Origin: Candidatus Auribacterota bacterium
GTDB lineage: Bacteria > Auribacterota > UBA6266
Reading direction: 5' to 3'
Length of the DNA stretch: 17,532 bases
NCBI GenBank assembly: GCA_023136205.1
Contig: JAGLRQ010000026.1
Location: 1 to 17,532 of the forward strand
Of the stretch, positions 8,599 through 14,663 are shown piece by piece; the stretch's first letter is position 1, and every line of letters begins with the position of its first letter. The notes beneath the pieces are model-generated. The model ran no database searches and was not told where the DNA came from. It saw only the letters and a program-made list of their open reading frames with translations. The translations under genes were made by a program, and so were the position numbers.

Positions 8599-9515
8599 TG
8601 ATGTTCCTCGCTTAAATAACATGGAAACCTCTTTTCCTTGTTACGCTTCGATATAATTTGCGGTAATAAAAAAACACATGATTTCTGTCTCTTCATGAAT
8701 CTTAATAGTTGTTTAAAACCTTCAAGAGGCCCTGCGGAGCAAATTTCTTTGCGCAGCAGATTTGTGTAATAAACGAACAAATTATAGATTATGTGATGGC
8801 GCGGGTCCTTTAATGCCTCTATCAATTGGTTTTTATCAAAAAGAGCCCGGCTCTTTGGATTATTGCTTCGTATCAGATGGTCCCAATGAAAGATTACCCC
8901 CCTCAGGGAAAATACTGTCTTGAAGCCGTGGTAATATGCTCTTCTAACTAGATCATTTTCTTCCGCGTACATAAAATATAGAGGGTCAAATAGTCCGACT
9001 TTCTCAATGAATCCTTTTTGTAGAAACATTCCCGCTCCGATAATTTTTTCCGTTCGAACATAATCAATTGACCTGTCCTTATCTTTAGCGGCGTCCACAA
9101 ATTTCTTATATGTTGGGGATAACTCTTCTGTTTTTTTATAATCGTATTGAGCCGGAACAATTATTCCAAGTGATTCATCCCGCTCAGCCAGTTTCACAAG
9201 TTCTGTAATACACCCTTTAGCTATATATGTATCCTGATTTAACAAGAGAATGAATTTTGCTCCCTTTTTCAGGGCATATCGGCATCCGATATTGTTGCCT
9301 TCGGCAGTACCGCAATTCTTACTGTTTCGCATAAGATCCACGCCAGTAAAATTTTTCTTAACGTAGTCGTAGCTGTCATCGCTGGAAGCATTATCTACTA
9401 CAAGAAGACGAAAGTTCTGATAATCGGAAGACAAAATTGAGCCTAAGCATTTATCCATCCATTTTTTCCCGTTGTAAAGCAAAACTACTACATATACCAA
9501 AGGACTTTTTTGCAT
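8595..9515 (-). CDS. Glycosyltransferase family 2 (rhamnosyltransferase-like subgroup)
   Basis: LVYVVVLLYNGKKWMDKCLGSILSSDYQNFRLLVVDNASSDDS (GT2 N-terminal and DxD-region motifs), NCGTAEGNNIG, and YAEENDLVRRA (acidic catalytic region). The track start is ATG 9527, immediately after the upstream stop (TAGATG). I prefer ATG 9515 (MQKSPLVY...), which has GGAG 6 nt upstream. Confidence 0.85.
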   Translation of the reverse strand: MQKSPLVYVVVLLYNGKKWMDKCLGSILSSDYQNFRLLVVDNASSDDSYDYVKKNFTGVDLMRNSKNCGTAEGNNIGCRYALKKGAKFILLLNQDTYIAKGCITELVKLAERDESLGIIVPAQYDYKKTEELSPTYKKFVDAAKDKDRSIDYVRTEKIIGAGMFLQKGFIEKVGLFDPLYFMYAEENDLVRRAYYHGFKTVFSLRGVIFHWDHLIRSNNPKSRALFDKNQLIEALKDPRHHIIYNLFVYYTNLLRKEICSAGPLEGFKQLLRFMKRQKSCVFLLPQIISKRNKEKRFPCYLSEEHQ

Positions 9516-9527
9516 AATAATCTCCAT

Positions 9528-10847
9528 CTACTTATTTTCAGCACATGAATTATCCTGCGTATTGTCTTTCGTAACAATTTGCATCTCTTTTTTTCTAAGT
9601 TGAAGAGCAACATTGTCTTCCGGAAATTCCACCATATCATACGCAATAGGCGCATCTCTGGTTACATTCTTCTTCAATATGGCAAATTCCGTCAACCCTA
9701 TCGGAACCAGATTCTCCTTGCGAACGGTTTCCGCACGGTCTATTAATCCATAAACGGTAAAACCGCCTATCCCGTCCAGACGCACTCCTGCCCCAATGTT
9801 TTTCTTTGCCACAGCAAGAACATCGGCAACCTTTCTCTTGTGCGGCAAGGTAGCAATATTAAATAAAGCCGCTTCAACTACCGACTTGGCCGCCGCAAAG
9901 TAACAAAGATGATGATCCTTAAAAAACAAATAATAGGGCCCCTTACCCTTTTTCAGGTAATCCAGATCTTCAGCTACGAATTTATCTTTTCTTTTACCCA
10001 CAACAAAAACACCAGCTGCCTGGTTAATGCCCTTAATTCCCATCACGTAATCAACAACCCCTTCCTGTTTAATTATCTTAAGGAAATCTTCCACAAGATT
10101 AACTTTAGTAGTTGTTGGACCGTGCATACCTCTCTTATCAGGAACAAGCTCTGTTCCATTGGCCAATACGGCCATCTCCAACCCCTGTTTTGTTCCGTCA
10201 GCGAAAGAAGATATCATTCGTGGATTATGCCCGGGACGAACCCATGGTAAAACCCCTTCGGGATTCTGGTAAACATCTATAAAATTCTTGGAACTTCCAG
10301 CAATAACTATATCAAATCCATATAACTTAACCTCGTCAATCATCTGGGATATTACACACGGCTGGTCACCGTCAGTGGTAGAATATACAACGTTCTTTTC
10401 CTTAGCAAGTTGGTGGACAGCAAAGCCCAGTGTGCTGTCCATTTCGATGTTAGCTGTAACAAAATGGATTCCCTGCTGAATGGTGCTCACAGCACATTCG
10501 GCACCTACTTTTATATCACCGGTTGTTTCAAAAACGACATCAATCCCCGTAAGGTTTTGTAATATTTCCAGTTCCGCGCTTACAATATATTTGTTTTTTG
10601 AATTAGCTGCTTTATATTCTTTGTCAGAGGTAACTACTTCTATGTCGGAAGGCGATACCCCCGCGTATTTTAAAGATTTTACAGCACGTTCTATTGTACG
10701 CGTCACGATCAATCGGGGAACTATACCAGGCCAATGGTAGAATTCACGAATTACGCCACTCCCAAACCATCCAGAGCCTACAACACAAACGGAAATTAAC
10801 TCATTTCGTTTTTGTCGCTCAAGTAAAATCTCCCTGAAAATTCTCAT
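9528..10847 (-). CDS. NAD(P)-binding oxidoreductase, homoserine-dehydrogenase-like N-domain with C-terminal SAF-like domain (COG4091-type architecture, function unknown)
   Basis: 439-aa ORF with Rossmann motif VCVVGSGWFGSG. IDVVFETTGD..GAECAVSTIQQGIHFVTANIE..GDQPCV resembles a homoserine-dehydrogenase-type NAD-binding domain. The C-terminal AKKNIGAGVRLDGIGGFTVYGLI resembles a SAF beta-clip. The family is recalled from memory, not searched. AGGAG lies 6 nt upstream of ATG 10847. This is the first gene after the 523-bp intergenic region. Confidence 0.62.
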   Translation of the reverse strand: MRIFREILLERQKRNELISVCVVGSGWFGSGVIREFYHWPGIVPRLIVTRTIERAVKSLKYAGVSPSDIEVVTSDKEYKAANSKNKYIVSAELEILQNLTGIDVVFETTGDIKVGAECAVSTIQQGIHFVTANIEMDSTLGFAVHQLAKEKNVVYSTTDGDQPCVISQMIDEVKLYGFDIVIAGSSKNFIDVYQNPEGVLPWVRPGHNPRMISSFADGTKQGLEMAVLANGTELVPDKRGMHGPTTTKVNLVEDFLKIIKQEGVVDYVMGIKGINQAAGVFVVGKRKDKFVAEDLDYLKKGKGPYYLFFKDHHLCYFAAAKSVVEAALFNIATLPHKRKVADVLAVAKKNIGAGVRLDGIGGFTVYGLIDRAETVRKENLVPIGLTEFAILKKNVTRDAPIAYDMVEFPEDNVALQLRKKEMQIVTKDNTQDNSCAENK

Positions 10848-10982
10848 GTTTAACTCCTATCATTTTTCTCTTAGGATTAATAGTTTCTGCCAAGAATTAA
10901 AAAAAATTGCAGATAGCTTTTGCATCAGTAACATCTTTTGCAGTTAAGGTCGGATTCATATACTGGAGAGAGAAATACAGTT

Positions 10983-11052
10983 GAAAGGATCCTTCCCTTT
11001 ATAGATACCAATTGACCACCCAAATTCCTTTTTTCCAAAAGGGAAACCTTTC
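10983..11052. repeat. Interrupted inverted repeat (6+8 bp arms, 37-nt spacer) in the putative leader of the minus-strand operon
   Basis: GAAAGG(10983-10988)-ATCC-TTCCCTTT(10993-11000) is complementary to AAAGGGAA(11038-11045)-A-CCTTTC(11047-11052). That gives 14 Watson-Crick pairs. A competing small hairpin, CCTTTT-TTCC-AAAAGG (11027-11042), shares the 3' arm. Confidence 0.4.
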
Positions 11053-11157
11053 GATTTGCCAAAATATACCCCAGCTATAAAACTGCACATAATACATATA
11101 GATAGCATAAATATGTTAAGTCAATTTAATTCCGATTTAATACGGCCTGACTTTGCT

Positions 11158-11179
11158 TGTTATTGTTATAACAATAACA
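11158..11179. promoter_or_regulatory. 22-bp perfect palindrome, candidate operator for a dimeric DNA-binding protein
   Basis: TGTTATTGTTA|TAACAATAACA. All 11 pairs were verified by hand, and symmetry breaks at 11157/11180. Each half is a tandem TGTTA pentamer. The site lies in the divergent intergenic region, about 35 bp upstream of a TTGACT hexamer on the minus strand (11124-11119) and about 150 bp upstream of the plus-strand -10 candidate. Confidence 0.5.
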
Positions 11180-11322
11180 GAAATATAGAGAATATTTTAA
11201 CATAAAAAGTCTATAAAAGCCAATTAACTTTTTTAATTTAACATTTCTATAATACGACTTAAATTTTTTCCCACAAATTCCCAAAACAAAGAGTGTACGG
11301 AGTTTTGTTTCTTGTAAAAATG

Positions 11323-11331
11323 TGATAGAAT
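11323..11331 (+). promoter_or_regulatory. Candidate extended -10 promoter element (TGnTAGAAT) for the plus-strand sulfotransferase
   Basis: TGATAGAAT at 11323-11331, 40 nt upstream of ATG 11371. GGAG SD sits at 11360-11363. The -35 is poor (TTTTGT). The context is A+T-rich, so a chance match is plausible. Confidence 0.3.
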
Positions 11332-11370
11332 AAAACAACATAACACAAGTATCTTTATCGGAGAGTAAAA

Positions 11371-12126
11371 ATGCCTATCTTTCATAAATATAAGTGTATA
11401 TTTATTCATATACCTAAAAGTGCCGGTACCAGCATAAATGCCGCGCTGGGTATCGGAAGGGAAGGTATACAGAGCCTATTTGGGAAGATAAGCGAAGAGG
11501 AAAAAGCAAAATACGGATTAACTCATACGTATTGGCATCATTGTCCCATCTCTTTGATAAAACCGTTTATACCTGAAGGCACTTTTAATAAATACTTTAA
11601 ATTCACTTTTCTAAGAAACCCCTGGGACAGGCTTGTTTCCCTCTATCTTTATTACAAACGGATTAATCGCCTGGATAATATAGACGCGTTTAACCAGTGG
11701 ATATTATCTAAAAAAATTCCTAGCTACCTTTTGATTCCGCAACTCGATTATATCACTGACAATAAGGGAAATATTATCGTAGATTTTATCGGCCGCTTCG
11801 AGAACATGGATAAAGACTGGAAATATATTACCAAAAAAACAGGCGCAAACACCAAGCTGCTGCCGGTAAATATATCTAATCGTAAACATTATAGCTTTTA
11901 CTATACTGAAGAAACCATTCGGGTTGTCGGAGAACTTTTTAGAAAAGACATTGAGACATTCGGCTATAGATTTGAAAAGGCCGGTTTTTTTAAAAACAGG
12001 GTGTATGATGTAAAACATCTGGCTTTATTCAGCGGAGAACGCACTATATTAAAAATAAAGACACTCTTAAAAGAGACATTTCCCAAGTTATATTTGAAAC
12101 TTAAAAAATTTAAACAAAAATTGTGA
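11371..12126 (+). CDS. Sulfotransferase (Sulfotransfer_2-like, carbohydrate-sulfotransferase-type motifs)
   Basis: 251-aa ORF. IFIHIPKSAGTSI (5'-phosphosulfate-binding loop) lies near the N-terminus, and FTFLRNPWDRLVSLY (3'-phosphate-binding motif) lies about 65 aa later. GGAG is 7 nt upstream of the ATG. This is the only plus-strand gene. Confidence 0.8.
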   Translation: MPIFHKYKCIFIHIPKSAGTSINAALGIGREGIQSLFGKISEEEKAKYGLTHTYWHHCPISLIKPFIPEGTFNKYFKFTFLRNPWDRLVSLYLYYKRINRLDNIDAFNQWILSKKIPSYLLIPQLDYITDNKGNIIVDFIGRFENMDKDWKYITKKTGANTKLLPVNISNRKHYSFYYTEETIRVVGELFRKDIETFGYRFEKAGFFKNRVYDVKHLALFSGERTILKIKTLLKETFPKLYLKLKKFKQKL

Positions 12127-12186
12127 TACCCTCAGGTTATAATTTAAGTAAACACCGGCCGTATTCTATACTTTTTGAAAATAAAA

Positions 12187-13503
12187 TCAATTGTGTTTTT
12201 TTGAGAAAATAATTATATTTTCCCATTTACTATAGTACCTTTTTGACAGCGGAAACGCAATTTTCAGTTTCCATAATAAATTACAATATAAGAACTTAAA
12301 TAAAGGAAATTTAAAAATTATAACAAAAAATAAACATAAAAACTTACCCCTTGTGGCCCATTTCATATTTTTGGTTATTTCTTCAACATAAACGCGATAT
12401 TCATGTAAAGCTTCTCTATTTTTGTGATATCTTAGAAACATCGCAGTCCTTATTTTTTTATTGGCAATAACTTTCGCATGATAAAATTCTGCTTTCTCGG
12501 TATAAAGATGACCCGCTGTTTTAAACTTTTCTAACATAATTTCACCTATTTGTGTTCTTGCCAGCACAAGATTCAAGTCGCCGTGTTTATCCCAAGTATC
12601 GCCTATTGCTATATCAGCAAATTCATTAGTATGATTTATGCATAGTTGGCATCTTAAGGGAGAATAATAGGGTGACAAGAGGATGTGGGGGCGCTGCCCC
12701 CAGAGTTCATTGATTTGTTTCACCCGACCATCTGCCAAAATAATTTTTGTTTGATACCCATTAATCTTATCTCTATTAGAATATTTTTTTATCGTAGCTT
12801 TGTTGATCTTCTGTTCACGTAATAGCTTTTCTGTAACTGTCTGTTTTACATTAATCCCGCAAAAAATTCCCAAGGTCAAAAGGATTTTTTGTCTAAAAAT
12901 ACTACTTATATCTTGAAGTTTTCTTACACTTTCTATCGCACAGGGAACACCGATAACCGCGTATTTACCTTCAAGTGTTTTGATTTTTTTTAGTAACGAA
13001 TTAACAGGTATGCATACATATTTCGACCCTGAGTTTTTAATTATATCTTCGCCATTAAAAACAAGTTTACCTTCAGGTACCCATGGCTTCTGTTCAGAAT
13101 ATCCCGCAAGGATTACTCCTTTGACTATTTTTTCATCCAAGAGAAATTTAGCCAATCCACTTGTAACACCGCCGCTGGCACAACTATCTATATTAATATT
13201 TTTTGCCTTGGCATAAAAACATTTCCGGTATATCCCATAATGCTGCCTGGTTTCTAACATGCTTCCAAAAACCGTTTTATAAAGATTTGGGTAATCAATA
13301 TTATAGCCGGGGCAAACTTTTAAGCACAAACCACAATTATTACATTTATCATTAACTTTAATTGGCTCTAAGGTATGGTTATTAATCCCTAAACAGTTTA
13401 AGGGGCAGATCCCGATACAAGTGCCGCAAATAGAACAAAGCCCTTTTTTAATAACATCGGAGCTAAGCACATCAACATTTTGTTTATTATCAAGTATTTT
13501 CAT
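12187..13503 (-). CDS. 2x[4Fe-4S] ferredoxin domain fused to coenzyme F420 hydrogenase/dehydrogenase beta-subunit (FrhB)-like domain
   Basis: 438-aa ORF with two CxxCxxCxxxCP motifs (CSICGTCIGICP, CNNCGLCLKVCP). FrhB-type signatures follow (SGGVTSGLAKFLLDEKIVKGVI; VIGVPCAIESVRKLQ). The C-terminal tail is hydrophobic (FLCLFFVIIFKFPLFKFLYCNLLW). The gene is A+T-rich and has no obvious SD. Confidence 0.78.
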   Translation of the reverse strand: MKILDNKQNVDVLSSDVIKKGLCSICGTCIGICPLNCLGINNHTLEPIKVNDKCNNCGLCLKVCPGYNIDYPNLYKTVFGSMLETRQHYGIYRKCFYAKAKNINIDSCASGGVTSGLAKFLLDEKIVKGVILAGYSEQKPWVPEGKLVFNGEDIIKNSGSKYVCIPVNSLLKKIKTLEGKYAVIGVPCAIESVRKLQDISSIFRQKILLTLGIFCGINVKQTVTEKLLREQKINKATIKKYSNRDKINGYQTKIILADGRVKQINELWGQRPHILLSPYYSPLRCQLCINHTNEFADIAIGDTWDKHGDLNLVLARTQIGEIMLEKFKTAGHLYTEKAEFYHAKVIANKKIRTAMFLRYHKNREALHEYRVYVEEITKNMKWATRGKFLCLFFVIIFKFPLFKFLYCNLLWKLKIAFPLSKRYYSKWENIIIFSKKHN

Positions 13504-13540
13504 CAGAAAAGTTTATTTTTTGATTAGTCACTTCTCTCCC

Positions 13541-14569
13541 CTACAGTGGCAGATCCGGCCAGAACTTTTTCAAAGGTGAATCCTTTATGACCAAGGCAAT
13601 ATCTCTCTTCTCCTCATCAGAAAGCTGAGTCTTCCACTTATTCATACTCTTCCTGGGATCTTTGAATATACTGTAATAGGACTTGAGTGTTGATCTATGT
13701 ATTTTCTTTTCCGTAGTCGTCTTCTTGATATAATCTTTGGTAAATTCCGTCATTTCCCATCCTGCAAAGTCAAAGATCCTTTTTGATACTCCAAGCGGAT
13801 CCCTGCACATATCCTCATATACTATCAATAACCCGTTATCATAATTCTCTATAAATTCGACCATAGGTTCTACGTGAATTCGCCACGCGACTGCACCAAA
13901 AGTCTGTAGATTCATTTTTTCAAGGCCATCTGAGTATTTCAAAAACGACTTGTTGCCGGATTGAACAATTTCCTCGCGAAGAAGTCCATTTATTTTCGCA
14001 CGTAAGCTTTTAGCTTTTCCTTTTTCCAAATCCGGCTGAGGAGATTTTGGACGCACTCCTTTGAATAAATGTCCTTTTACTCCGACTAAGTGCGAAGCAA
14101 CATTCGCAAAAGGATTTCTAACCAGGCCAACTATCTTCGGCTTAAGAATGCGGCAGAAATCGGGAAGCTTTTCGCTTGGAAAATTAACCTGTTTAATCAA
14201 GACTGAAATTTCGTGCTTAGCATGGTTAAGTCGCGGCTTACCGTAATATTCATAAAGGCCTTTACACCGTTTCACCCTATTAGCCAGGGCATATAGCGCA
14301 TGAAGTAGAATTGGGTTTTGCGGCCGGAAAGACTTTGGTAAGAACGGGGGCATATCGACTCCATGATGACATTGCAGGCATAGCTTTTCAAATTGAGCAC
14401 GAAGTTTTTCCGCATCCGGCTTATTTAAACTGTCAAACCAGCCGCGATACGGAATCTTGAGGTATGGCTCGTACTTATAAACGCAGTGATAGTAGGTGTT
14501 CATAATACCAGCCATCCAGCTTGTACCCGAACGGCCCCTGCCAATAAGCACTACATATTCCTTTATCAT
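13541..14569 (-). CDS. Sulfotransferase (P-loop GxxRSGTS type, distinct family from the 251-aa enzyme)
   Basis: 342-aa ORF. VVLIGRGRSGTSW (5'-PSB) lies at the N-terminus, and GLVRNPFANVASH (3'-PB) about 150 aa later. AGGAG is 5 nt upstream of ATG 14569. The gene follows cysC after a 94-nt gap. Confidence 0.8.
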   Translation of the reverse strand: MIKEYVVLIGRGRSGTSWMAGIMNTYYHCVYKYEPYLKIPYRGWFDSLNKPDAEKLRAQFEKLCLQCHHGVDMPPFLPKSFRPQNPILLHALYALANRVKRCKGLYEYYGKPRLNHAKHEISVLIKQVNFPSEKLPDFCRILKPKIVGLVRNPFANVASHLVGVKGHLFKGVRPKSPQPDLEKGKAKSLRAKINGLLREEIVQSGNKSFLKYSDGLEKMNLQTFGAVAWRIHVEPMVEFIENYDNGLLIVYEDMCRDPLGVSKRIFDFAGWEMTEFTKDYIKKTTTEKKIHRSTLKSYYSIFKDPRKSMNKWKTQLSDEEKRDIALVIKDSPLKKFWPDLPL

Positions 14570-14663
14570 AAAAACTCCTGACGGATTACAAGAATAAATT
14601 TAATCTATTGTTCGCGGCTTTTAAATAATTCTATCTTCTTCATTCGAATATTCTTTCAACTTC

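Noticed and set aside
9909-10740. Three plus-strand ORFs (113, 63 and 86 aa) inside the oxidoreductase gene
   Set aside because: They are antisense to a 439-aa ORF with clear Rossmann and SAF-like motifs. Their products are hydrophobic or low-complexity, so they are most likely shadow ORFs.
10848-11124. JUMPStart/ops (GGCGGTAG) RfaH-recruitment element in the operon leader
   Set aside because: I searched by eye on both strands. Only a loose resemblance (GGTGGTCAAT on the minus strand, near 11012-11021) is present, with no match to the conserved GGCGGTAG core.
11126-11341. 71-aa minus-strand ORF in the divergent intergenic region
   Set aside because: The product is very A+T-rich and low-complexity (K/L/F/Y/N rich). 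No SD lies upstream of the ATG at 11341. The ORF overlaps the palindrome and the candidate plus-strand promoter. I cannot exclude a small protein, but nothing supports one.
11704-12018. 104-aa minus-strand ORF inside the plus-strand sulfotransferase
   Set aside because: It is antisense to a gene with both PAPS-binding motifs and has no motif or SD.
12127-12186. Bidirectional intrinsic terminator between the convergent sulfotransferase and FrhB-like genes
   Set aside because: I found only a 6-bp CGGCCG self-complement and short A/T runs in the 60-nt spacer, with no G+C-rich stem followed by a T-tract.
14570-14663. Imperfect A+T-rich inverted repeat (AGAATTATTTAA...TTAAATTTATTCT) between cysC and the sulfotransferase as a terminator
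   Set aside because: The stem is mismatched and A+T-only, with no following T-tract. The downstream gene has its own AGGAG and is probably co-transcribed.
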